The notes beneath the pieces were generated by a model. That model saw only the letters and a program-made list of their open reading frames with translations. It did not search any database and had not been told where the DNA came from. 64,000 bases of DNA from contig NC_086097.1 in the NCBI RefSeq assembly GCF_963921235.1, positions 5,270,001 to 5,334,000 of the forward strand. Reading direction: 5' to 3'. Both the position numbers and the translations under genes were made by a program. Origin of the DNA: Mobula hypostoma. Lineage: Eukaryota. How positions within the stretch are numbered: the stretch's first letter is position 1; each line of letters begins with the position of its first letter. This document shows positions 24,036 to 37,072 of the stretch, piece by piece.

Positions 24036-24774
24036 ACCACCTCCACCAATTAAATTCTGTCTTGCAAAAAGGAAATTGTTCATTATTGTTAGAAATGATA
24101 TGGAAGATGTGTGGCTCCAGTGGTTAATGGCTGAATGAGTTGCTCTCTGATCTTGGCAATTTATTTGTGAGCGAATACGCGGCTTGCAAGAGAATTCCTA
24201 GAAGCATGGTTTTCCATGAAGAATCCTGTAAGCAAACACACAGATCACATTTATGAGCCGATGTGGGCAAAATTGCAGACTACAACGCAGAAAGTTTGTC
24301 ACGCAGCCAGTCAGCGATGAGATTTCCTCCACACATCACGACTGAGTTTCTGAAATGACGTCCAATGAGCTGATTGAAAAGTATATAAAGACTAAGCATT
24401 TGAAGGACACACTACATTCGACAGTGCACTGAAGATGTATTCTCGCTTGGTTATTATTGCTTTACAAATGGGGGTTGAGAAAGAAAATTAAACTCTTTTA
24501 CTTTTCCAGTCTCCATTACTGAGGAGTATCAAAGTGATGAATTATATGCTATCAGCATTTGTGAATCAGGTCAGTATACTTACTATCAAAGTCTATCTGC
24601 TACAATCATTTTATCTTTCAATTTTAACGTCTCTGAAAGTGCATCCTGCTTCAGTTTGTGTTTCAGGTAGAAAGTTTTCTTTTCTTACTTAAATGGCCCA
24701 CCAGGATTTGAGGATGATATTCTCCCGCTTTGATTCTGCGGGTTCTAAGGTGGCCTAAGGTTGCTGTAGCCATG

Positions 24775-25170
24775 AGTGGTAATGGGGATGAGCTCTCACT
24801 ACCTATTAAATGCTCCCATTCGCATGCATCTCAAATCTGACAACAAAGTCCAGCTCCTGGCCTTCACGTGTAGCAGAACCATTTCTACTGACAGGAGAAA
24901 GGGGCAAAGGCAGGTTACGGGTGCTTTAAAACCAGTCACTTCAGGCAGATGGGGTTCCTCAGCCGTGGTTGGCAGCTCATCTAGGAGAAGGAAAACTCTA
25001 ATCTCAAACCTCTGCTGCCCGCATGGAGAAGGGGAGCCTGTTGCATGTGTAACAGCTTGCTCTCTATAATGTACTGCCCTGCTTGCTTATTGGCTTGTGT
25101 ATCAACTTAGATAGCCAGGACGTAACTTCCATGGTTGACCCTGACCAACTGATGCCAAGAAAAAGGTGGC
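24775..25170 (+). mobile_element. RTE-related SINE-like repeat
   Basis: ggcagctcatctaggagaaggaaaactct...caaacctctgctgcc motif typical of RTE 5' regions (recalled). Confidence 0.5.
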
Positions 25171-25307
25171 CGATGAGTACTATATTTCCAAGAGCAGAAC
25201 CTATCACAGGTCAGATTAATGGTGCTTTGAAGGGGATGTGGTCTGGGAGGTGATGACGCTGTCTGCCAATTCCTTTGTTCTTCTACATGCAGAGCAACTG
25301 AGATTCT

Positions 25308-25980
25308 CATCAACGGCAGCACGCGCGGCCTCTCTGGTGAATGAATGATATCTGTAATCTGTCAAGTAGGGGACCGTGCACAATTCAGATTTGATGGAGA
25401 CGGATGTGAGAGTATGGAGGAACATCTGGAAAACTTCTGAAATGTCCACTTCGCTGCCGCTGCTACTGTGTGGTAACCGGAATCTCCGGAGCTGAAGGCC
25501 CCGAAATCCTCAGCTTTGCGTGTTTCAGCTGCCGGGATGAGGTCGAAGGTGCCCGGCAGAGGATGGCGCTCGGGAGGCTGTATTGGAGTGGCTGGTCGGA
25601 GGCTCGAAGTTTTTGGACGGACGAACTCAGTGTCAGCTGTGGTCAGCTGCTTCCAAGGCATCGGCAAGTTGATGGTGCCTGGAGGTTTATGGCAGGAAGT
25701 TTCTCCCTTTTGCTGCCTGCTATCGGGGACTCGGGAGTCGATCGACTCAGGGACTTTGAGACTATTTTTACCGTGCCCATGGTTTGTTCTTCATCAAATT
25801 ATGTATTGTTTTGCACTGCTGTAACTATATGTTATAATTATGTGGTTCGGTCAGTGTTAGTCTTTGGTTTGTTATGTTTTCTGTGATATCACTCCGGAGA
25901 AACATTGTATCATTTCTTAATGCATGTAAGCATTTCTAAATGACAATAAAAGAGGACTGAGTGTTCTCATAATCTAATCT
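25308..25980 (+). mobile_element. CpG-rich non-coding retroposon with a Rex1-like 3' tail
   Basis: Tail ccggagaaacattgtatcattt...aaatgacaataaaa resembles the Rex1 tail at 10728-10800; (taatc)n end. Confidence 0.6.
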
Positions 25981-26164
25981 CCAATGCTTCTTCTCCAGTT
26001 TCAACATTTAGGGACCAAGCATTCCTAAGAGTCAGTGGGAATTATGAGGAGCTTTGATAACACCCTCAAATCCTTTCTACTGTCCACTTTCCCTGCTCAC
26101 CATTCAGACCATCTACAAGGAGTGCTCCGTGTGGATGTACAATGGTGGAGAGGGCTTTACCTGT

Positions 26165-26650
26165 GGCAACACACACAAAATTCTGGAGGAACCCAACAGG
26201 CCAGGCTGCATCTGTGGAAAGAAATAAACTGTTGACATTTCAGGCTGAGAACCTTCATCAGGACTGGAAAAAAGATGAGAAGTTGGAGTGAGAAACTGGG
26301 GGAGGGGAAGAAGAAATACAAGGTGGCAGGTGAAACCAGGAGAGAGCAAGTGGGTGAAGTAAAGAGCTGGGAAGTTGATTAGTAGAAGAGATAAAGGGCA
26401 GGAGAAGGGGGAATCTGATAGGAGAAGGTAGAAGACTGAGGAAGAAAGGGAAAGGGGAGGAGCACCAGAGGGGGATGATGGGCAGGTAAGGAAAAAGGTG
26501 AGAGAGGGAAACAGGAATGGGGAACTGGGAAGAAGAAGAGTGGGAGGACATGACCAGAAGTTTGAGAAATCGATGTTCGTGCCCTTAAGTTAGAGGCTAC
26601 GCAGCTGGAAAAATGGGAAAAAGTTTCTCCTCTAACCTTAGTGTGTGGCC
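26165..26650 (-). mobile_element. Penelope-like element 3'/pLTR fragment with degenerate hammerhead motif
   Basis: Minus strand cagtcCTGATGAaggttctcagcctGAAAtgtc at 26229-26266; pyrimidine-rich tract; aacatcgatttctcaaacttc ORF end. Confidence 0.75.
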
Positions 26651-27445
26651 GCAGAGGGCTTTACCTAATATCGACTGAGCCACATCTATTACTTTTTGTA
26701 GGATTTTCCAGTTGAGGGCGTTGGTGTTTCCATACCAGCCTGTGATGCAGCCAGTCAATACACTGTCCACCACACATCTACAGAAGTTGGTTAAAGTTTT
26801 AGATGTCATGCCAAATCTTCACAAAATTCTAAGTTGAGGCACTGCCATGTTCCCTTCGTAACTGCACTTACATGCTGGGCACGGAACGGGTCGTTCCTCC
26901 TTGGTCCTGCTGATATTGAGTAAGGCTGCTGATGGAGAATGTGGAGATGTTTTGATTTGACAGAGTTCATTTTTGATGATCTATTTTGGGGAATTGTAGT
27001 TGGACATATGAATGATGCTGAATGCCCAAGAATCAGGATCAAGTTTAATATCATTGGGATATGCTGTGAAATTTGTCGTTTTGCATCAGCCATACAGTGC
27101 AATACATAATAAAAATACAATAAATTAGAAGTATATAGAAGGAAAGAAGTATTACAAAAAGGGAGGGGAACAATTAAGGTAATGTTCATGAGTTCACTGT
27201 CTATTAGAAATCTGATGGTAGATGGGTGTGTCTTCAGGCTCCCGTACCTCCTTCTTGGTGGCAACAATGAGAAGAGAACGTCTGCAAGGTGATGGGGATC
27301 GTTTATGAAGGATGCCGCCTTTTCTGAGGCATCGCCTTTTGAAGATGTCCTCGATGACGGGGAGGTAACTTCCATGATGGAGCTGGCTGAGTTTACAACT
27401 TTCTGCAGACTTTTCTGATCCTGTGCAGTAAACCCTCCATACCAG
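26650..27445 (-). mobile_element. Two tandem Rex1-type 3' fragments
   Basis: KTLTNFCRCVVDSVLTGCITGWYGN; KAASFINDPHH..LFSLLP..RRYGSLKT. Confidence 0.8.
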
Positions 27446-28039
27446 AGAAATGGCTGTATGTAATTAACACCTCAGAGAAGAAGATGATACTCTTTGTGAA
27501 TTTGCAGGATTCATGGAGAAATTACTATTTTTCTTCCTACTTAAGTGCAGAAACTGGTTATTTAAACTGTAGCAGCAGCAAGAACCACATTGACTGATTG
27601 TTCAAAGTATCTTTCACTCACACCTGCCTGCAAAATCTAGCACAAATCGTAGCATATGATAGAATAACTAACATCTGACTAAGTCGTCACAAGAATTGAT
27701 TGTTAAAGTATCTTTGGATAGGACAGATTAGAATCTGCCAACATGCCCCTTGAGCTTTCTTCAACCTCAGTCATGGTCGACCTGCATCCAATCGACCTGC
27801 CTTTGTTTCACATTCTCAGAAGTTAACGTCATTCTGGGGAATTTGTTTTTCTGAGCTGATTTTCATTTCAAAGAAGTTAACTGATGACTGGTGCAATCTC
27901 TGTTGTCAGTAAAGTAAGTGTTAGTAGAAAAGAGCCATCTGGGCCTGTCACTCAAGATCTCTGGACCATAAGACTATAAAATATTGGAGCAGGATTACAC
28001 TATCTGGCCTATCGTGTCTGCTGTAAACATCTTTGCAAA

Positions 28040-29780
28040 CACTTTCCACAAGACCATTAAAAGCGTCAGACACAGGAGCAGAATGAGTCAGTTTGTCCCT
28101 TGAGTCTGTTCCGCCATTTGATCATGGCTGATTTATTTTTCCACCAAAATCAATTCTCTTGCCTTCTCCCCATAACCTTTGACACCTTACTTCAAGAACG
28201 TAACAAATTCTGCTTTAAATATATCAAATGAATTGCCCTACACTGTCGCCTATGGCAATGAATTCAATAGATTCACTATCCTCTGGTTAAAGAAATTCCA
28301 CCTGATTTCTTACCTCAAGGGATGTCCTTCTATTCTGAGGTTGTGCCCTTTGATCTCATACTGTAAGAGACATCTTCTTCACATCCATTATATCTAAGTC
28401 TGTCAATATTCAGTAAGTTTCAAAGTAAGTTTCTCATTCATCTAAACTCTAGTGAGTGCAGGCCCAGAACCATCAAACATTCCTTTTACATTAACTGTTT
28501 AGTTTCCAGAATCATTCTCATAAACCTCCCCTGGACCCTCTCCAATGCCAGCACATCTGTCCTTAGGTATGGAGCACCAAACTGCTCACAATATTCCAAG
28601 TGTGGTCTGACCAACACCTTATAAAGCCTCAGTATTGCATCCTTTCTTTTATATTCTAGTCATCTCAAAATGAATGCTAACATTGCATTTGCCTTCCTTA
28701 CCACTGACTCATCGGCAAGTTAATCTTTAGGGGATCCTGAAAAAGACTCCCAAGACCCTTTGCACCTCCAATTTCTGAATTTGTTCCCTGATTAGAAATT
28801 TGTCTAAGCCTTTATTCCTTCTACCAAAGTGTATGATCATACACTTGCATTGCATTCCATCTGCCACTTTGCCCAATCCTCCTAAACTGTCCATGTCCTT
28901 CCATAGCCTCTCTGTGTCCTCAAAGCTACCTGCCCTCCACTTATTTTGCATCATCCACAAACTTGGCTACAAAGTAATCAATTCCGTCATCCATATCATT
29001 GTCATATAATGTGAGTAGTAGCTGACCCAACGTTGATTCCTGCGGAACACCACTAGTTACTGGCAAACATCAGAACCATACTGGTTGTGATTAGATCCTC
29101 TTTATTCCCACACTTTGCCTCCTGCCAGTCAGCCAAGCTTCTACGTATCTTCCCTGCAACATCTACCACCCCACCAGCCTCCGGGTCCAACATATTATTC
29201 TCCGTAACTTCCGCCACCTCCAACGGGATCCCACCACTAAGCACATCTTTCCCCCCCATCCCTCCCCACTGATCTCCCTCCTGGCACTTATCCATGTAAT
29301 GGTTGTGATTAGATCCTCTTTATTCCCACACTTTGCCTCCTGCCAGTCAGCCAAGCTTCTATGTATCTTCCCTGCAACATCTTGTGCTCTTATCTTGTTT
29401 AGCAACCACACCTTGTCAAAAATGCAAATAAGCAACATCCACTGACTCTCCTTTGTCCAAACTGCCTATTATTTCCTCAAAGAATCCCAACAGATTTGTC
29501 AGCAAAGATTTCTCCTTAAACAAACCATGCAGACTTTGGCATATTTGATTGTGTTCCTCCAACTACCTCAAAACGTCATTCTTAATAATGCACCCTAACA
29601 TCTTCCCAGCCACTGACGTCAACCCAATTTCCTGTCTGTTGCCTCCCTTCCTTCTTAAAGAGTGGAGTGACATTTCCAATTTTACCGTCCTCAGGAACCA
29701 TGTCAGAATCTGGAGATACTTGTAAAATCATTACTAATGCCTCCATGATCTATTCAGCCACCTCTTTCAGAACCCCAGAA
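28040..29780 (-). mobile_element. CR1 LINE, degenerate RT to 3' end
   Basis: KCMIIHFGRRNK, VQRVLGV, LVRPHLEYC, VPQEST motifs on the minus strand. Confidence 0.88.
29165..29299 (+). mobile_element. Internal Penelope-like ORF fragment flanked by an 83-bp direct duplication
   Basis: Encodes YHPTSLRVQHIILRNFRHLQRDPTTKHIFP and PTDLPPGTYPC; 29082-29164 is repeated at 29300-29382 with one mismatch. Confidence 0.8.
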
Positions 29781-30749
29781 AAGGCATATGAATAGAGTTG
29801 CTGAGTCACAGTTAAGTTTTATGCATTAACTAATTGAAAGATTTGGTAACAGAGTGTTGTAATGACTCAGGAATAATACTGTGGCACAGGTTACCTCCTT
29901 AAGCAAGAGTGGGTCGGAGGAATCCTCATCCTTTCCGCTGTGCAGTCAATGACCTTTTCTGATAAATATCTCTAAATGTTCAGACATTTCTGAGTCTCCC
30001 AGCCCTATAAGTGCAATATAAGGGCATTAAAGTGGAGCTACTGTATAAATCACAGTGGAGTGATTCCTAAAGTGCCTGCTAAGAATATTGCACTGGAATC
30101 AACAAAGTACCAATAACAATTATTCTTCGACTGCCCTGGTTATCACTTGTATTGTGTCAGTCAATATAACGGAACCACAAAGTGCCATCATTCCAGTGAG
30201 TTATAGCATGTCTTTAAGTCTCCTGTAATATTCCTGAAAATGTATGATTTTCACACATGCTTGAGGGACTCTTGAGAGTTACATGTACATAAATGCCTGA
30301 CTTGCTCCAGTATCTTATGGTTGTTTCTCCTGGGGTTCAAAAATCAACAATGAAATTAACTCATTTACATATGTTCTGGTATTTCATGTGCCTTCAATCT
30401 GTCTTCCACCTATAACCCTGCCTTTAAAGTATGCAGTGATCTGATAGTTGAGTGTATTAGATCAAGTGACGGTGGCCACATTTGACACTTGCCTTATTTT
30501 CCCAGCTGACAGAACACCAATAATCTCCAAAAATGAACAAAAGGAGACTAGGGAAAGATCACTGAACACATGAAATTTCTCATGACGAAGCAGCAGGGGT
30601 TTGGATGTAAAGCTCCCATTCGTGTTACCAGTTTCGTCTGTTCTTTCTCATAAAGGCTAATAGGCTTTCCCTTGCTTCAATGGAGGCCTGCAATAATGTA
30701 TAACCTGCTACCTTCACTTGCAATAAAAAGGGAGTTTAGAAGAGTGACG

Positions 30750-31030
30750 ACACGGTAGTATAGTGGTTAGCGCAACGTTTTGCAATGCAGGCTTTGAGGG
30801 TTCAATTCCTACTGCTGCCTGTAAGGAATTTGTACTTTCTCCCTGTGACCACGTGGGTCTCTCTGGGTGCTCCAGTTTCCTCCCACAGTCCAAGGACGGA
30901 CTGGTCGGCAGGTTAATTGGTTATTGTAAATTGTCCTGTGATTCGGCTAGGGTTAAATAGATGGGTTGCTGGGCAGTGTGGCTCATTGGGCCAGAAGGAC
31001 CTGTTATGCACTGTATCACAATTAATCAAT
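30750..31030 (+). mobile_element. HE1/V-SINE-type tRNA-derived SINE
   Basis: cacggtag..tagtggttagc A box, ggttcaattcc B box, gtttgtactttctccc..gggtgctccagtttcctcccacagtccaa V-domain. Confidence 0.8.
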
Positions 31031-31509
31031 TAATGAACTAATTTCCTATGATCATCTGTTATGAACTTCTTAGCTAAAGCAAAGCTGTAGAAATCCTTGA
31101 TTTACTCGCTGTATTTTTTTTCTTTCACTCTCTCTCTCTTTCTTTTTCTTTATTTTCCTTCTCTTTCACTGCTTCTTTCTCTTCTTTTTCTACAGTCCAA
31201 AGACACACCGACTAGTAGGTTAAGTGTAAGTTGTCCCACGATTAGGATAGGATTAAATTGCGGGGTTACTGAGTGGCATGGCTTGTGTGGTCGGAAGGAC
31301 CAGTTCCGTGCTGTATCTCAATAGACTAGCAAAAAGAATGAAGTAGGATATCATAGCATCCTACCAAATATGGGAAGTCTTAATGTTCAGGCAGTCTTTT
31401 CAGCAGCGGAAGAGTCCAGGAACAGAGGGCACATTCTCAGAATAGAAGAACACTTTATAGTATTCAGAACTCAGCATTAAATCGAACAGTTTTAGAGAAT
31501 TGGTAGAAT

Positions 31510-33875
31510 GTCTAAGCGATGGCTTTTTAGAACAGCTTGTTGTTCAGCCCACTAGAACTGAGTGCTGAATTAGGTGGTGTGCAATGATCCGGAGGTGATA
31601 AGAGAGCTTGAGGTTAAGGAACCCTTAGGAAACAGTGATCACAATATGATCGAGTTCACATTGAAATTTGAGAGGGAAAAAATAAAATCCAATGTATCAG
31701 TATTTCCATGGAATAAAGGAAATTACAATGGCATGAAATGGGAACTGGCCGAAGTTGACTGGAAAGGGACGATTGCAGGAAGGACAGCAGAGCAGCAATG
31801 GCTGTAAGTTCTGTGAAAAATGAGGGAAGTGCAAGACAGATATATTCCAAATAAGAAGAAATTTTCAAAGGGAAGAAGGACATTACCGTGGCTGACAAGT
31901 GAAGTCAGAGCCAAAGTAAAAGCAAAACAGAGGATATACAAGAATGCCAGAGATACTGGGAAGATAGAGGATTGGGGAGCTTTTAAAAACTTGCAGAAGG
32001 AAACTAGGGTCATTTGGAAGGAAAAGATGAATTATGAGAGGAAGCTGGTGACTAATAACAAAGAATTTACTAAAAGCTTTTTTAAGTATATAAAGGGTAA
32101 AAGAGAGTCGAGGGTAGATGTAGGGCTAATAGAAAATGACGCTGGAGATATTGTAATGAGAAATGCAGAGATGGCAGAGGAACTGAATGCTTATTTTGCA
32201 TCAGTCTTCACAATGGAAGACATCTGCAGTATACCGGACATTCAAGAGTGTCAGGAAAGTGAAGTTTGTGCAGTGAAAATTACGACTGAGAAGGTGCTCA
32301 GGAAGCTTAATGGTCTGAGGGTGGATAAATCTCCTGGACATGATGGACTGCGCACTTGGGTTCCGAAGGAAGTAGCTGGAGAGATTGCGGAGGCATTAAT
32401 GATGATCTTTCAAGAATCGATAGATTCTGGCATTGTACTGGATGACTGGAAAATTGTAAATGTTACTCCGCCATTTAAGAAGGTGTGAGGCAGCAGAAAG
32501 GAAACTATAGACCTGTTAGCCTGACATTGGTGGTGGGAAGTTGTTGGAATTGATTGTTAGGGATGAGATTATGGAGTACCTGGAGGCACATGACAAGATA
32601 GGCCAAAGCCAGCATGGTTTCCTGAAAGGAAAATCCTGCCTGACTAACCTACTGCAATTTTTTGAGGAAATTAAAGGCAGGGTAGACAAAGGAGATGTAG
32701 TAGATGTGATGTACTTGGATTTTCAGAAGGCCTTTGATAAGGTGCCGCACATGAGGCTGCTTAGCAAGATAAGAGCTCCCAGAATTACAGGGAAGTTATT
32801 AGCGTGGGTGGAGCATTGGCTGGTCAGCAGAAAACAGAGAGTGGGAATAAAGGGATCCTAATCTGGCTGGCTGCTGGTTACTGGTGGAGTTCCACAGGGG
32901 TCGGTGTTGGGACTGCTGCTTTTTATGATGTATGCCAATGATTTGGACTATGGTATTAATGGATTTGTGGCTAAATTTGTCAATAGGGTGTTGAAGAAAC
33001 AGAGAGTCTGCAGAAAGACTTAAATAGTATAGGGCAATGGGCAAAGAAGTGGCAAATGAAATACAATGTTGGAAAGTGTATGGTCGTGGACTTTGGTGGA
33101 AGAAATAAATGGGCAGACTATTATTTAGATGGGGAGAGAATTCAAAATGCAGAGGTGCAAAGGGACTTGGGGGTCCTTGTGCAAGATACTTTAAAGGTTA
33201 ACCTCCAGGTTGAGTCGGTGGTGAAGAAGGCAGATGCAATGTTGACATTCATTTCTAGAGGTATAGAATATAAGAACAGGGATGTGATGTTGAGGCTCTA
33301 TAAGGCACTCGTGAGACCACACTTGGAGTATTGTGTTCAGTTTTGGGCTCCATATTTTTAGAAAGGATATACTGAAATAGGAGAAGATTCATGAGAATCA
33401 TTCCAGAAATGAAAGGGTTACTGTATGAGGAATGTCTGGCAGCTTTTGGGCTGTATTCCCTGGAGTTCAGGAGAATGAAGGGGGATCTCATAGAAACATT
33501 CCGAATGTTAAAAGGCCTGAACAGATCAGATATGGCAAAGTTATTTCCCATGGTAGGGGATTCTAGGACAAGCGGGTACAACTTCAGGATTGAAGGACGT
33601 CCATTTAGAACTGAGATGCGGAGAAATTACTTTAGTCAGAGGGTAGTAAATCTGTGGAACTTGTTGCCACGGGCGGCTGTGGAGGCCAAGTCATTGGGTG
33701 TATTTAAGGCAGAGATAGATATGTACTTGATTAGCCAGGGCATCAAAGGGTATGGGGTGAAAGCAGGGGAGTGGGGATGACTGGAAGAATTGGGTCAATC
33801 CATGACTGAATGGCAGAGCAGACACAATGGGCCAAATGGCCTACTTCTGCTCCTATCTTGTGGTCTTATGGTCTT
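31510..33875 (+). mobile_element. CR1 LINE, 5'-truncated ORF2 (EN end, RT, 3' UTR)
   Basis: LGNSDHNMIEF; KSPGHDG; DWKIVNVTP; SQHGFLKGKSCLTNL; YLDFQKAFDKVPH; LVRPHLEYCVQFW; (tatggtct)n tail. Confidence 0.95.
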
Positions 33876-34249
33876 GTAATCAAGCATTCTGTTTCTGTTT
33901 TTCATGTTTTAATTTGTCACGTCTCTATTACATTTGACCATGTTCTTCTGCTCATATTTCCATCGCTTTCAGATAAAGCAAGAGTTCCCAACTGATTTCA
34001 TGCCATGGACCAATACTATTAAGCCAGGGGTCTGCGTACCCTAGGCTGGGAAGCCCCGATCTAGAACTTTGTCATCTCCTTCAGCTGAAACATCATCAGT
34101 TGTGTCACTCAATGGTCTCTAGACCTTCCCGTTACCTCTCCCTGCAACTTTGAAAATCTTTTCTTAGTTCTGATGAAATGCCATTATTGTCAAACATTAG
34201 CTCTATTTCTCTAACATGTTTTCATATCAATAGTTACTTCTCTGGGTGG

Positions 34250-34615
34250 TGGGGTGGAGATATATCTCTACCAAGGGAGGTATAAGGTGCACCTTCCCTC
34301 CACTAGCCTGCAGGTCACCCTTGGCCAAGGTGTAGCATCTGCTTAGCCCCCCAACCAGTGTCACGTGAAGCCATGGGAGCAAGTGGTGGATGGTCGTACG
34401 AGCAGCTGGTGCATATCACAATTCCTGGTTATGGGATCACTGACACCCGGCAGACAATCTCTGAAGAGTATTGATAATGGCTGTGGTCACCCGTCTTGTA
34501 AAGACACTGCTCAGAAGAGGGCAATGGCAAACCATTTCCATAGAAAAATTTACCATGAACAAACATGGTCAAGCAAAGACCATGATCACCTGTGTTATAT
34601 GACACAGCACATATT
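34250..34615 (+). mobile_element. RTE/BovB-related SINE, copy 1
   Basis: gcaatggcaaacca motif; homologous to 42135-42520. Confidence 0.7.
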
Positions 34616-34705
34616 TCATGGCTTAATTAGGACATAGTTATACCAACAAATGGTAGAAGTGTGTGTCTTAAACATATTTCTAGTGGGCGGTCTATTAATC
34701 ATATG

Positions 34706-35264
34706 TGTAACCCTCAGGCTCGACCAGCACGTGTTCGTCTTGGGAAAAACAACTTCTAGCCCCACCAAACTGAGAAATCTTGTTTGTGTGGATAGTGCGT
34801 GACATGTTGCCCAGTTACAAATCTGCACTGCAAAATATCAGACAGTACACCATATGCAATTAAATGATTGAACTTTATAAATCTTAATTTGAATATAGGG
34901 TTAGTAAAGAAAATTAAAAGAAAAAGGGGCCATTTTAAGGAAAAAGTCAACAGTGCACATTGGAGCTCACTGATACAGCCATTCATCAGCCATCGACCTC
35001 CTCTGAGCATCTCCGACCTTCGGATCCTCGCTCCCAGTCCACTCCATCTGGTGGTGTACCAGCTCTCTCTACACGCGTCTTCCTTCTTTTTCTCTCGCCG
35101 ACAAAAGACTGCAAAAATCTCTCTTCCAGACTCACAAGAAAGAACAACATTTTTCTCTTTGGATAGCCCCCATGTTCCAAAGCCCCATTATCTCTAGTCA
35201 TAGCCCAAACATTGCTGCTACGGAGAAACTATTACATTACAGTGTAACATTACAGTGTGTTACA
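34706..35264 (-). mobile_element. Solo LTR
   Basis: TGTAAC...GTTACA inverted termini; near TSD TATG/TATA. Confidence 0.7.
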
Positions 35265-35289
35265 TATAAAATACTGCAAGTCCAGTTCA

Positions 35290-35800
35290 TTGATTCATGG
35301 GTGAGACCAACGGTATGGGAGCTGCGTTGTCTCGGTTATTATACAAACCAGGTCCTCAGGCCAAGGCATCACCCCTACATCCACGCAGGTGAGGAGACAC
35401 CGGAGATGGTGTGCGAGAGAATAGAGGTACAGCGGGTAACCTGGAGTCCGTGCTGGGTTAGGGACCCAGCCCCTCCTGTCAGTGTTGTCTCCAGTGTTCA
35501 CTCCCTGGAAGAAAAGCTGGATTGTGTTTGTCTGTGACTACACTAATGTGTGATGAGCAACTGCTGTGGACTTGATGTTGTAGGAATGGGGATCCAGGGC
35601 AACATCCCATGCACCATCAATCTTCAGGCCAGGCCGCTCTGTGCTAATATTATTTTTTTGTGACTCTATGTGCTATCTTAACTATATCCACTGTGCGTGA
35701 TCGTATGTGCTGTACTTTGCAATTTCGCCCCGGAGAAATACTGTATACATGGGTAAGGTTAGCTATATACATGGGTCAGGTTGAATGGCTAACTTGAATA
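35290..35800 (+). mobile_element. Internally deleted Rex1-like derivative
   Basis: PPVSVVSSVHSLEEKLDCVCL (EN start) followed shortly by a ccccggagaaa..aacttgaa tail. Confidence 0.5.
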
Positions 35801-35854
35801 GTTAACCAATCAATCCCCCCAATGGTGCAGATAAGGAAGGTATAAGTTTTTTTT

Positions 35855-36142
35855 TAGGTATCCGTTAGTCTCATGAGACTATGGATTTGCGCCTTGGAAG
35901 GTTTCCAGGGCGCAGGCCTGGGCAAGGTTGTATGGAAGACCCATGCTGCAGGTTTCCCCTCTACATGCCACCGATGTTGTCCAAGGGAAGGGCATTAGGA
36001 CCCATACAGCTTGGCACCAGTGTCGTCGCAGAGCAATGTGTGGTTAAGTGCCTTGCTCAAGGACACACACGCTGCCTCAGCCAAGGCTCGAACTAGCAAC
36101 CTTCAGATCACTAGACAAACACCTTAACCACTTGGCCAGGTG
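35855..36142 (-). mobile_element. tRNA-headed CORE-type SINE with RTE-like tail
   Basis: Minus strand ggccaagtggttaagg (A box), gttcgagcc (B box), tgtgtccttgagcaaggcacttaacc (CORE-like). Confidence 0.75.
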
Positions 36143-36224
36143 CCAACACAAGGAAGGTATAAGTTTCCCATTATACATCAAAGGAGTTGAGAAGCGATCA
36201 AAGAAATTTGTGGTCACGCTGACC

Positions 36225-36710
36225 ATTAGGTAATGGGTTCAGAGCAGGTTCACAAGAATGAATTAAGGAATGAAAGGGTTAATGTATGAAGAGCATTTGA
36301 TGGCTCTGAGCTGGTACTCACTGCAGTTTAGAAGAATGGGGGGTGGGGTGGAATCTCACTGAAACCTATTGAATATAAAAAGGTCTATGTAGAGTGGATG
36401 TGGAAAGGATACGACCCACAGTGGAGAAGTCCAGCACCAGAAGACACAGTCTCAGACTAGGGACACATCCATTTAGAATGGAGTTGAGGAGAAATTTCTT
36501 TCGCCAGAGAGTGGTGAATCTGTGGAAATAATTGCCACTGATGGTTGTGGAGGACAAATTATAGGGTATACGTAAAGCAGAGGTTGATAGGTTCTAGATT
36601 AATCAGTGTGTCAAAGGTTATGGGGAGAAGGCAGGAGAATGGGGTTGAGAGGGATAATAATTCAGCCATGACTGAACGGCGGAACAGACTTGATGTCTTA
36701 TGGTGTTATG
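36225..36710 (+). mobile_element. CR1 3' fragment
   Basis: ccatttagaatggagttgaggagaaatttc...agagtggtgaatctgtggaa. Confidence 0.85.
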
Positions 36711-37072
36711 GAATAATCAGAGTTAGAATCAGAATCAGTGACTTATGGCAGGAAATCTGTTGTTGTGGCAGCAGTGCAGTGCAATACATAAAAATTAACA
36801 TGTTACAAAATTAAATAGTTTAATATATGAATAATTTGGTAGTGTCCATAGGTTTGTAGATAATTATGAAACCTAATGGCAGAGGGGAAGGAATCTGTCC
36901 TGAAATTATTGAGTGTGGCTCTCCAGGCTCCTCCCTGATGGCACTAATGGAAAGAGGGCATGTCTCAGAGGGTAAGAGTTTAACATCAGCATCATGCATC
37001 AATTGAAGAATGGAGTTGTCAAGAGACAATTACTAATGATTCAAGTGAGTGCTGTGATTTTTGGCAAAAGGA

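Noticed and set aside
29890..30010. Minus-strand coding exon ending at a GTAACC donor
   Set aside because: All three frames have stops from the best acceptor; no recognisable peptide
36060..36142. tRNA gene
   Set aside because: A and B boxes continue into a CORE-like SINE body; it is a SINE head
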